Notes under the pieces: generated by a model | What the model was told of the DNA's origin: nothing | Databases searched by the model: none | What the model saw: only the letters and a program-made list of their open reading frames with translations | NCBI RefSeq assembly: GCF_025526975.1 | Contig: NW_026515672.1 | Span: 1,054,001-1,118,000 of the forward strand | Reading direction: 5' to 3' | DNA length: 64,000 nucleotides | Origin: Fimicolochytrium jonesii | Taxonomy: Eukaryota | Position numbers and translations under genes: made by a program | Part shown: in pieces, positions 52,347 to 64,000 of the stretch | How the letters are laid out: every line of letters begins with the position of its first letter | How positions within the stretch are numbered: position 1 is the stretch's first letter

Positions 52347-55300
52347 ATGGACCCGCCCGTCCCAGTCCCAGTCCCAGTCCCACCACCAGCAGTGCCGCTC
52401 CCACCACCCCGCAAAAGCAGCGCCTGCTCATTACCCGTCACCGAGCGCCGGGGGAGTTCAGGCGCACGCAGCAATACCGGGACCATCCCAGAGGAACCTG
52501 AGCCGCCCGTAGACCCGCCGAGGAGAAAGTCCCATGACGCTCGGCCCGATTCCGCCGGAACGGCATCATCTGCAGCGAGTGACCGAAGACCGGTATCGAA
52601 CGGCAGTCATGTGGAGCTGGAAGTGCCCAACCGGACGGTGTCGCTGCAGATGCTGAATAAGCCGGTTAATGTGAATGCGACGCCAACGTCGGGGGTTAAG
52701 GCGGTGGCGGGAAGTGCGATACCAGAGAATGGAACGCCGCCGCTGATGTATCAGTTTGAGCAGAATGTTCATGTGGATGGGGAATTGCATTGGGGCGCTG
52801 ATAAGGACCCATTTGAGATTTTCGAGATTCAGGAAAAGCTTGGCGAAGGAGCATTCGGGGCCGTCTTCAAAGTGTGTTTGAAAGAAACCGGACTCGTGAT
52901 GGCGGTGAAAGAAGTCCTCGTCGGAAAACTGAACGACCGAAACAGCATCCAGAAGGAAATCAACATGCTGAAACAATGCCGACATCGAAACACCGTCCAG
53001 TACTTTGGCTGCTGCAACGTTAATGACGACTCGATCTGGATCCTTAACGAGCACTGCGCCGCAGGCTCGATCAGCGATTGCATCGAGCTCACAGAGAGTA
53101 CATTCTCCGAAACACAGAGCGCCATCGTCCTCGCCTCGGCTCTAGAAGGGCTGGCCTTTCTCCACAGCCGCAACATCGTCCACAGGGACGTCAAATGCGC
53201 GAATATCCTCGTGACGGACAACGCGGTGGTGAAGATTGGCGATTTTGGCGTGTCCGAGAAACTCACACAGACGGTGTGCGTGCGCAATTCGATCGTGGGC
53301 ACGCCGTATTGGATGAGTCCGGAGGTTATTACGGGCGCGGATTATGGGACCAAGGCGGATATCTGGAGTTTAGGGATCACGGCGATTGAGATGTCGGATG
53401 GTGTGCCGCCGCATTCAACTGTGCATCCTATGCGGGTATGTTTGCTATCACACTTTTTGGACACCGCTCGCCTCGCACGCGACTGACGTACCGTATTATC
53501 GCTTCCCCAGGCCATGTTCAAAATCCCCTTCCTTCCCCCACCCACCCTCCTCCAACCCACCCAATTCTCCGCCTCCTTCAACGACTTCATCGCCCAATGC
53601 CTCATCAAAGACCCCGCCAAGCGCCCCTCAGCCGAAGACCTTTTCAAACACCCCTTCATCTCCCCCTACGTCGGCGAAGAGCACAACATCTCCCTCCGCC
53701 GGCCCTTGCTTAGCAAAGTTCAGGAAGTGATGGCCAAACGGCAGGTTGTGAAGAAGGCGGGGAGGATGAAGGGTACCCCGACCCAGGGGTTGAGGGCCTC
53801 ACACGTGGTTATGCAGAATACGATGAATATGCGGAAGGCCCCGTCATCGTCATCGGCGAAACCGACCCGCCAGCTCCGCACGTTATCGGACTCGTCGACG
53901 GATAGCCGCGGGACGGTGATCATCCATTCCGACGACGACGACAATACGGGTGACGAGACGTTGATTGATGATGAGCTCTTCCGCCCACTGACCCCCGGTG
54001 CCTTTGCCTCGGGGACGATGGTTATTCATGAAGAGGAGGCGGAGGTGGAGATTGCGTTGCCGACGACGCCGCGGGGCGGCGTGTCGGTGCTGAGGGATAT
54101 GGGCACGGTGGTGATACATGAGGATGCGGAGGAGACGGCGGTGGAGTGGGGGAGTGGGAGGAGTGAGAGGCGACCGTCAGAGGGGAGTCGGGATGCGGGG
54201 GGGTCGGATGAGGCTACGGAGGTTGATAGTATTCGCTCGCGACGGACTTTGGAAGAGGGACGGCTGCCGAGTGTGATTAGGGCGTCGCATACGAAGCCTC
54301 CTGCCGCTGCGGCTGTCGCGGGCGCGGAAGATGATAGCCACTTGGGGACGTTGATGAGGAATCAGCAGCGACAGCAGCAGCGACTGGAGGAGGAACGGCG
54401 GCAAAAGTTGGAACAGGCTCAACACCAACAACAGGCGAAGTTGGACCATCCGCAGCGATCAAAGATGGCGAAGAAGCTGAAACAGCGGCTGGAGAAGTTC
54501 CGTCGGACACTCAAAGGACAACATGCCACCACCTCAGCGGCCGAAGAGTCCGGGGATGACCACGAAGGCCAACGAACGATCGTCGAAAAGCGAAATAAAC
54601 GCCGTCCCTCGGGTCTCTCCGCGTCGCCTACACCCCCACCATGGCAAAATGGCACAACCACAACCGCAGCAGCAACCTCAGCACCCCCCGTAGTACGGCC
54701 CCCAAACATCCAGTACACACCCCTCAACGTACCCCTCCCCGCACACGCACACGCCCGCCGCCACAGCATCGATTCCCCACTCACGCCCTTCGACAAACCG
54801 TTGCCGGAACTCCACATTGATCTCACGCACCCGGACCATAACACCCCACATAAGAAAGGACTGGCGAGGTTCGTTGATGCGGTGTTTGGATCGCCGCACC
54901 AGCACCAGCAGCAGCAACACGGTCAACGCCGCCCCCACCCGCATCAGAACGGGAAACGTAGCTTGAGCCACGGATCTGCGGTGTCTGATTCCCCATCCAC
55001 GGTCCCAATCCCATCAATAGCCACCACCCCGCTCCCCACGACACGTCTCCGTTCCGCGTCCTCAACAAGCACCAACAGCAGTAGCACAACCGACCTCCAT
55101 GAACTCATCCGAATCCACGACAGCCTCGTCCGCGAAATCGAAGAAGCCAAAAAGGCAAACCGGTTCTGGAAATTCCGCGTACCTTCCATCCACTCCGTAT
55201 CCTCCAACGGGGATCTCCTCGACGACGACGATAACGATGGCGAGAGTACCCGCCAGATCGACCCCGACGATGACGGGTCTGTCAATAATGGGGATTTCGA

Positions 55301-56033
55301 CGATATCGATTTGGCGGCTTACGTCCTTGACAGCACGACTACGGAGACGGGCTCGCAGCATACCCTCGCCACCCGCCGGCGAGCCGCGACATACCCGTTT
55401 GAGGAGCGACCGTCGTTTTTGGATATCGACCCGGCGACGCTGGGAGTGTCTGATTACTTTGATGATGATAATTTGCCGACTCCGACCATCACTGACCCGC
55501 TTGCGCGTCGGTTGGGATCGTCGCACCGCCATATCGATGATCTGATTCCCACCGAGCCTGATACAACGAGTTCATCATCACAACGGAGCATTCTGAACCC
55601 CACGCACGAGTCCGAGTTAACGCACCAAATCTCGACGCTGGCGCTGCACCACCTCCCGTACATCAACTCTGACCAAGCGGCAGAGACGATCGGAGCGACG
55701 GCGGTGCTGTTGTGGAAGATTTTCTGTGTGTTGTGGCGACAGTTCAAAGGGCGGTTTTGGTTGCATGCGTTTTATATTGTGTTGATCAGTAGTTTGGTGT
55801 GGGGGGGCAGGTCGGGTGGGAGTGGGAACACGAGTGTGAGAGGAACGGCGGGGATTATTGCGAGGACGGAGACGGGGAAGGTGGGGAGGGTGGGGACGGA
55901 GGCTGGGAGTGCCCTCGAGCGGGAGAGGGAGCGGGAGAGGGAGAGAGAGAGGGAGAGAGAGAGAAAGAAGGAGGTGGTGGGTGTGGCGTATGAGCGTAAG
56001 AACGTCGGTTTGGGTGTAGGGGTAGCTGAGTAG
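52347..56033 (+). CDS. Ste20-family (GCK/MST-like) Ser/Thr kinase with a long low-complexity tail; one intron at ~53436-53510
   Basis: EKLGEGAFGAVFK, HRDVKCANIL, DFGVS, RNSIVGTPYWMSPEVI, HPMR|AMFKIP..PPPTL. Confidence 0.9.
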
Positions 56034-56376
56034 TGTATGTAGCTACCTCTTCCCCCTCGCCCTTCTGTTTTTTTGGATAACCCCCCCTCCCAACTCCTGT
56101 TTTTTTTGGCTCACTTTTCGGTCCCCCACATCTCGCATACTCACAGTGCATATACATATTCATTCATGCTCCATGTACCATAGCGACCTCGAGCGACCTC
56201 CATGTTCAAGAACAGACACGCAGTCTTGTTAGGGTTGACATGGCGCGAGCGAATAAGGCCAAGTGACTGCGCGAAATAATTATTAACCCCACTCCTTACC
56301 TCTCGGCTCTCCGTTTTCCTTCTTCAACCTCCTCCTACTCCACCACCACCACCACCACCACCGCACAACCGCCACA

Positions 56377-58113
56377 ATGCCGCCCAAGAAGGCCGCTCCA
56401 GAGCAGGCCAACGTCGTCAGGTACGGCTGCTCTCTTCTTCTATCTCAGCGGGGCGCGGCTTTTGTATTCACCTTCTTTTTGAATGGTGCAGGTTCGGGCG
56501 TGTGAGGAACAACCTCAAAATGGGAGGTACAGTCCAATCCACCACCTCATTCGCTCGCTCCTCAACCGACAGAGAGATACTCACCCCCTGATTCATTGTT
56601 GATTCGGCGCAGTGGTGGGCCTGCCCAATGTGGGGAAATCGTCGCTGTTCAACCTGTTGACGGAACAGGCGGCTGCGGCGGAGAATTATCCGTTTTGTAC
56701 GATTGAGCCGAATGAGTGAGTTGGGGGGGATATCGAGGGGGGATTGAGGGGGGATTGGCGAGGGGTGGGAGATTACCTGAGGGAGCGACCCCTGACCACG
56801 GCTCTTAGCGAAGCCTTAAGTGGGCGGCAGATGACTACTGCCCAGTATCCCTGTCGCGAGCGGAGCGCCTTCCATCACTTTGCTCATCCACTTTTTTTAC
56901 ATCGCCCACTCATCCGCGCGTTCTCTTTCCCCCAGATCCCGCTGCCCCGTCCCCGACGACCGGTACGACTTCCTCTGCCAGATCTGGTCCCCACCCTCGC
57001 AGTACCCCGCCTACCTCCACATCACGGACATCGCCGGCCTGATCAAAGGCGCGAGCGAGGGGCAAGGTCTCGGCAACGCGTTCCTGTCGCATATCCAGGC
57101 CGTGGACGGGATCTTCCACGTCGTGCGGGCGTTTGAGGATGATGATGTGGTGCATGTGGACGATTCGGTGGATCCGATTAGGGATCTGGAGACGATTCTC
57201 TCGGAATTGTGCAAGAAGGATTTGGAGATTCTGAAGAAGGCCGTCGCGGCTGAAGAGCTGGCTGTCAAGAAGGGCGGTGGGAAGTATAAGCTGTCGCTTC
57301 TCTTCACGGACACGGTGGCGAAATTGAAGGATATGCTGGAGAAGAGCATCCCGATTGCTAGTGGGGAGTGGTCGACTGGGGAAGTGGAGCTTATTAAGGA
57401 GAAGGTAGATATCAGAGGGGTGGATTCTATTTCCCCCCGAGAAGCACTGGCTAACGTCTCTTCCCTCGCAATCAAAAGATGGCGTTCATAACAACCAAAC
57501 CGCAAATCTACCTCGTGAACCTCAAATCCACCGAATACATCGCCAAAAAGAACAAATGGCTCGGCAAGATCGCCGCGTGGGTCGGCGCACACGGCGGGGG
57601 GAAGATCATCCCCATGTCCGTCGCATTCGAGCAAGAACTGTGGGAGGCCAAGAACAATGGGAGTGCGCCGCCGGAGGGAGCGGGCAGCGCATTGCCGAAG
57701 ATCATCAAGGAGGGGTATGCGGCGTTGAATTTGGCGTATTATTTTACGGCGGGCGAGAAGGAGGTCAGGGCTTGGTGCATACCGACGGGGTGCTTGGCGC
57801 CGCAGGCTGCTGGGGTGGTGAGTCTACCGAATTCGTTTCTGTCCCATCCATCAACCGCCTCTTCCCCTCCTGTCTTACCTTCCCCTTGCTAATATGGGTG
57901 GTTGTTGTTTAGATCCACAGCGACTTTGAACGCGGCTTCATCAAAGCGGAGGTGGTTGCGTTCGCCGACTTTAAAGCTCTGTGCGACAACCAGAAGAGCA
58001 TGGCGCCCATCAAGGCGGCGGGGAAATATAGGATCGAGGGCAAGAGTTATGTTGTGCAGGATGGGGATATTATCTTCTTTCAGTTTAATGTGACTGCGCC
58101 GAAGAAGAAGTAG
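56377..58113 (+). CDS. OLA1: Obg-like ATPase YchF/OLA1 (multi-exon)
   Basis: MPPKK...[20 protein letters not shown]...[50 protein letters not shown]...YVVQDGDII. Confidence 0.95.
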
Positions 58114-59086
58114 TGTCGGGGTGAGGATGGACAGGGGTGAGGGGTGAGAGGACGGCGTTTTTTTTATGTATTGGTGTGGGGGGTCAATAGAATATGCATA
58201 GAGCCCGTTTTTCTGAAGTGGACCTCGGGAGTCGTTGGTCGGTCGGTTGGACATGGATATCCATGGCACAACAGAAGAACCTCTAGTAAATCCATCGCTA
58301 TGTTTGCGGGCACAAGTCCAATACAACAAATATGGCTTCCCGGCGAATGAACGTCCATTGTTAAACCATCACCATACAGTACGGGACCATAAACCTGCGC
58401 CCACCCCCAACGATCCCAGTGTCGGGTGGGGGCTGCTTTATGGTCCCATACTGTATGTATGTGAGCACGGTGTCATCCCGTCCAGTTCCCATTCTGCGGG
58501 TCCAGTCTTCTGAATACGGATCCATCCATCGCTTTAGCGCGGCGTCGGGGTCGTCACCCACCAAAAACACAACTCTCCCCGTCAGATCATGTGCGTACAT
58601 TCGAGCCGTCGCATCGATCAAGACGACGAAGGGGTTACTGTACTGTACGCCAGCGCGCGGCAGGAGTTGGTTGTTGTGTGAGTCCGTGAAGCGTGGTTGT
58701 TGGAGTGGTCGTCGGCCATTGATCAAACACTTGGCTGGCGTCTCTCGTCGGGGCCTTTCTTCGCCGGTTGTGGTAGTAATATAATGGGGGGCGACTTATT
58801 AATTGCGTCAGCTGACGACAGAGTGCGGTCCACGTGACCGCCCTACGTGAAATCCATTGCCCATGGCCGTTTCGTGATCTCTCTCTCACCCAGAGGCAAA
58901 CATGCGAAACAGTGAGATCAGACCGTCTGGTCATGACGTGTTTTGCCCTCCCTTCCTCGTCCTCCCTTTTCCTCGCGCTCCCGTTTCCATCCCAGGCATA
59001 ACAGCCCCGCCCCCCGCCCCATCACCAGCGCTTCAGAATCTAGTCCGATTCCCGTAAAGTGATCGCCCCACCCCCCGCTTTGAGAA

Positions 59087-61282
59087 ATGCCTCGCTTACC
59101 ATCCGCCCTCCCGCGCCTCATCCCTCCACCACGCCTCCTCACCGCCATCGCACACCTCCAGCACCATCACCCATCTTCCCACCTCCCACGCACCTCCTCC
59201 CACTTTCAGCAGCAGCAGCGGAACGTGGCTAGGGCCTTGTCGACAGCCGCGCCAGCGAAACCTGCCACAGAGGCTCCGGTGGGGAGGACTGAACGGGCTA
59301 GGCGGGCGGTTTTCTATGGTGCGTTTTTCTGCATGAGAGAGATGGAAGGGGAAGTGGGAGGATACGCGAGCGAGGGAAGGGGGTGTGGTTCGCGTGGGTG
59401 TTGGTCGCTGAATGCGCTTTCTCTCTTGCCTCCTTTTTTTATTTAGTGCCAGGTAGCGATGACCGCAAACTAGCTAAATCACGCAAACTCGTCGCCGACA
59501 GCCTGATCTACGACCTCGAGGACTCGGTGCCGCTGAATAGGAAGGGCGCGGCACGGAATGCTGTTTTTCAGGCTTTGGAGGTCCGTGCAGGGTATCACGG
59601 GGAGGATTGAAATGAAGGCGGGGGGGATGGGAGGAATTCGGGCTGATGTGGGTCCTTCTTTTTTCAGCAATTTGATGTGGGGAAGAGCGAGAAGACTGTT
59701 AGGATTAATGCTGTCGGGTGAGTGCGGCCAGAGGAGCCGAGGGGTGGTTTAGCGCGTCGTTGGGGTGGGAGCGCCCGTGCTGATTTGTGATTTCTATGTG
59801 CGGGTTTTTGTAGATCGGGGCTAGAGGTGGACGATCTGAGTGTCGTGGTAAGCCTCTTGATGTCTCCTCTCCTGTGTAACAGACATGCCTTAACAGACAT
59901 TCGCACGCATACAGCTCCGATCCCGCCACGTCGGCGCCCTAGTAGTTCCCAAAGTCCAATCCCCAAAAGACCTCGAGTTCGTCTCAAGGATGATCGATTC
60001 GATAGCGCCGGAGGCTAGGTAACCTTCTTTCGCACGGAGCGGATGATGCGATGATGCTAACGGTGTTCTTTCTTTCTTTTCTAGTCGAGCGAATATTAGG
60101 GTGCTGGCGTGTATCGAGAGCGCGTTGGGTGTTTTGAATATTCGGGAGTGAGTTGTGTGCTTCGATTAGCTCTCGTTTTCGTGCGAGGGTTGAGTGGAAA
60201 CGAGTTCTTGTTCCGTACTGACCGAAGGCCCACTTGGCAACCACCCCACTCGCAGCATCGCAAACGCCGACGCCCGAATCGACGGTCTCATCTTGTACGT
60301 CCCTCCCTCCGTTCCCCACCCGTTCCCAACCCACCTACTCACCTCTGGAATCATAAACAGCGCCGCAGAAGACTTTGCAGCCGACACAGGCCTCGTCCGC
60401 ACACCTTCCCGCACAGAGTTCCTGTACGCGCGGCAACGGGTCGCGACTGCGGCGAGTGCTTTTGGGTTGCAGGCTATTGATATGGTATGTGGAGGTTGGT
60501 TCATGTCGAGGGATGTGGTTTATAAAGTGATCGATGCGGTTTGGGGTTTTAGGTGTGTGTGGATTATCAGAATCCGGATGTGCTCGTAAGTCCCTCTTTG
60601 GGTTTTGTTAAGTTAAGATGCGCACGGGCGAAGATGTCGATTTTTCGCGACTCACGATTATATGCTTGGGTTGGTAGGAGGAAGAGTGTCGCGAAGGCCG
60701 CGAGTGGGGGTTCACCGGCAAGGTGGGGGTGTGAAGCGAAACTCACATGCGGAAAGCGCAGAGTAACTGACGGATATTGATCTGATGACGAATAGCAAGC
60801 GATACACCCGAACCAGCTCGAGACTATCCAACGGATATTCTCGCCATCACCATCAGGTAAACTTTCCCCTGTCCCTCCCTCTGCCCCTCTCTCTATCTCC
60901 CCAAAACTAACTGCAACGTTCCACCCGCAATAGACATCGAACGCGCAACAAAGATCGTAGAGGGGTATCAAGAGCACATGAAGAAGGGCATTGGCGCGTT
61001 CAATTTGGATGGGAAGATGATTGATATGGTGGGTTTTTTCTTGTTTCGGTTTTTTCGAGCGGTTGGATTCGGGATGAGTAGGGATGAGAGTGTTAATGTG
61101 GGGTTCTCTTTCTTCTCTGGCAGCCGGTCGTGAAGTGGGCAGAGGTAAGCAGGGGATGACGAGTGGACCCAAAATGCCGTTTCTTGCCCGCTTGATGGGC
61201 TCATTTTGCTTCATTCCACGTTTTCCCCTCACAACAGCGCCTCCTCGCAAAAGCCAAAATGATGAACGAGCAATCTGCATAA
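59087..61282 (+). CDS. CLYBL: Citrate lyase beta-like (CitE/CLYBL, HpcH/HpaI family) protein with a mitochondrial presequence; many short exons
   Basis: RARRAVFY|VPGSD, YDLEDSV, VRINAV, LACIESALG, AAEDFAADTG, LQAIDM|VCVDY, GFTGK|QAIHPNQ, GAFNLDGKMIDM|PVVKWA. Confidence 0.9.
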
Positions 61283-62107
61283 TCTGCGCCCTCAATTAAC
61301 CCCATATATAGTCCCAGATATCCCCCCCCCCCCCCCCCCCCCGTCTCCTCATCTCCTCAGCTATAGCATTCCCCTTCTCCCCTCCATCAACCCGCGGTGT
61401 CCCACTTTTGCTATATCGGCGTGAAATCTGTACAGTTCCCCCTTTCCCACTTTCGTTGTGTATCATCGTTTCCTTCCAGGTGGCCTTCGCGACCACACTT
61501 TCTGAAGTCGTATGTGAACTTATTACTCACAGCACGTTTGACAAAACGTGACGCTCAAGTGGGTGCTGCTGCTGCTGCTATACTGCCGGGTTGTCAAGTC
61601 TCAGAGAAAGAAGTGCGTTTTCGAGCGGCCGTGTTCGATGGAGGTGGATGGGACCGACAATCCCCCGGGCTATTTCGTGATGGGTGTGACATTGCACACG
61701 CATACCACCCGACCCGCATACGGGTGACGATGGGGCCGGACGACCACGTACAGTAGTACGTTGTGGCCACGTCTATGTAAATGTATAGAGCGTGTGATGC
61801 CAGCGGACTCGTGGGAAATCATCGCGGGGCCAACGTGGCGAAAAACACGTTGAGAGTTTTTCGCAGACGTCAGACTCTGCGTCAGACTTCTTGGCCGCTC
61901 CCAAGTCTCCAAAACGGTCCCCATGCCAAAGGCATCTCCCGCATCCCTCATACATACATTACCACATTCCCAACGGTACCAGACTAGCACCAGCAGCATC
62001 AGGGGACCAGTGACACGAGTCGAAGACACGATAACAGACACGGAAAAACTCGACAACACCCAGCCAACCTCCCACGCCCCTGTGATCGCTCAGAGGACCT
62101 TGCCGGA

Positions 62108-62962
62108 ATGTGGCTTACAGACACGCAAAGTAAGCGGAGGAGGAGGGAGGGGAGGTGGCTCGGCGGGTGTTCCGTGCCGCGGGAGCACGATCGCCACTGA
62201 CTGTCACTCATGGAGGATCCACGCTGACGATTAAATGTTTTTTTTTCGAAATCTGTGTAGAAATCGGGGTGGGGCTGACTGCGTTTGGGATACTGTTCAT
62301 GCTGATGGGGGTGATACTGTTCTTTGACGGGGGGCTGTTGGCGATAGGAAATGTGAGTGTCGCCCGGTTGGGATTGCTGTGGACGACAGCATCGAATGCA
62401 GGCCGGAGATCACAGGCTGACTTTCTCGACTCTCGATTTTGCCAGATCCTGTTCCTCGGCGGGCTAACACTAGTGATCGGCCTGCAAAAAACGTTCCTGT
62501 TCTTTGCGCGGCCGGAGAAGTTGCGGGGCACGCTGTGCTTTTTTGGCGGGATATTGATGGTGTTTTTGAGGTGGCCGGTGATTGGGATGGGGGTGGAGGT
62601 TTTTGGGTTTGTTAATTTATTTGGGTAGGTTTTGGGTAGGATGAGAGGGGGGGGGGGGGGGGGGGAGGCTGCTATGGGAGGGAGCAGACGATTCTCTTCT
62701 AGAGACGGGATCTTTGAGAGGGTGTTTGCTCTCGGTCACCGATGACCGTACTCACATGTTTCCCTTCACCCTGAATAGGGACTTTTTCCCCGTTGTCATT
62801 GGCTTCCTACGGAAAATGCCCGTCATCGGCACACTGCTCAACACACCAGGGATATCACACGTACGGCTAGCCAGATTTACACATACCCCTGTCGTTCATG
62901 CTAACCCTTTTCCGATCTCGCAGGTCATCGACAAAATCATGGGCTCGAAACTGCCCGTCTAG
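62108..62962 (+). CDS. GOT1: Golgi transport protein Got1
   Basis: MWLTDTQ|KIGVGLTAFG...FFDGGLLAIGN|ILFLGG...FGFVNLFG|DFFPVV. Confidence 0.95.
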
Positions 62963-63422
62963 ACCCTACACCCGCTGCGAACGAGACGGGAGAACGGGAG
63001 AAGGGGGATTTTGCCAAATACTATACATAACATATCTATATCTAATACGCGTCGCTGGGAGTTCCGGCCATTTGGGAGGAGGAGGGAGATTAGAGCGAGA
63101 TTTGGTTTCGCAATATACCTCATCAATGCATAGATATCGTTGGTGGTTGGTCGATTGCTCATGTTGGGTCTGCGGCCTTGTGCTGGGGAGCATGAGAACA
63201 CGCTTTGTGTGGTCTTTGCGAATTTCCAGTCGTTTCTGGACGTGGACTGCGGTCTCATCTGGACGCGTGCGGCTTTCCAACTGCCCGCTTTCTCTCGTTT
63301 TCCATCACTCCATGTGGGCATAAGAGCACGCTCCCCGTCAAACGGAACTTGCACTGAGAGTATCATATACCACTGCCCACTCACTCCCTTCCGCTACTCC
63401 TTCCCAGCTAACAAAACGCACA

Positions 63423-64000
63423 ATGCCAGTCGGTAAGTGTGTGGTTAGCTCCCGCGGTGTGCATTTCCCGACGACGCGCAGAGGACGATGATGGAGCCAA
63501 GCCAATGAACACTGTGCAGTCCAATTCCATATCAACTAATCTCGCTATTTCTCTTGCCTTCCGGGAAGACTACAGCAAATGGGACAAGCTAGAGCTCAGC
63601 GACGACGAGGACTTTGAATGCCAGTATGTATAGAACCAGAGGCCAGTATATTTCAACACATGTGCACACTGCACTCACAAATCACACCGTCACAGCCCGA
63701 ACGTCGACAAAGCCTCCATGGTCCGCTGGCGCCAAGCGGACATCCACCGCAAACGCCGCGAACGCAAAGACAAACTCCAAGCCCTCGCAGAAGAATCCAC
63801 CACCACACGCAAAGCCATCACCGCGCTCACCCAGATCACCCGCCTGCCGCCCTCAACGAACCCCGCAGCTCTCACACCGGCCATCACGCTGTTGAATGCG
63901 GATTTCCAGAAATGGGAGCAGGAGTTGAGGGAGAGTTACTTGAAGGCGATGATGAGGGAGAGGGATGCCAGGTGGGGTGCGCCGGAGCCGGATGCGTTTG
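63423..64000 (+). CDS. CDC37: Hsp90 co-chaperone Cdc37, 5' part (truncated by the window)
   Basis: Spliced MPV|DYSKWDKLELSDDEDFECH|PNVDKASMVRWRQADIHRKR, with the CK2-site SDDED motif. Confidence 0.93.

Overview
Intron-rich eukaryotic DNA, most likely from a zoosporic (chytrid-type) fungus. It carries fungal-type housekeeping genes plus a flagellar radial-spoke gene, with short GT-AG introns and CTRAC branch points. Recognisable genes, in order: Gea/GBF1 ARF-GEF, RSPH10B-like MORN protein, FRG1, Sec20, a VPS9+UIM protein, SMC5, an F-box/RCC1 (Saf1-like) protein, a large PPR protein, a Cdc15/SepH-like kinase, a MAPR/cytochrome-b5 protein, a UBAP1-like protein, a Ste20 kinase, YchF/OLA1, a CitE/CLYBL-like lyase, Got1 and the 5' end of Cdc37. 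Two accessory blocks interrupt this backbone. The first (~0.7-7.6 kb) has a gene-free stretch of + strand RNA-like folds, including two tandem ~165-nt copies of an unrecognised structured motif with compensatory base changes. It also has a spliced stand-alone BLUF blue-light sensor gene ending in a PTS1-like -AKL, and a frameshifted HNH-like gene. The second (~33-37 kb) has decayed ORFs and a PD-(D/E)XK pseudogene. Exon boundaries were read by eye and family calls come from remembered motifs; no searches or folding programs were run.
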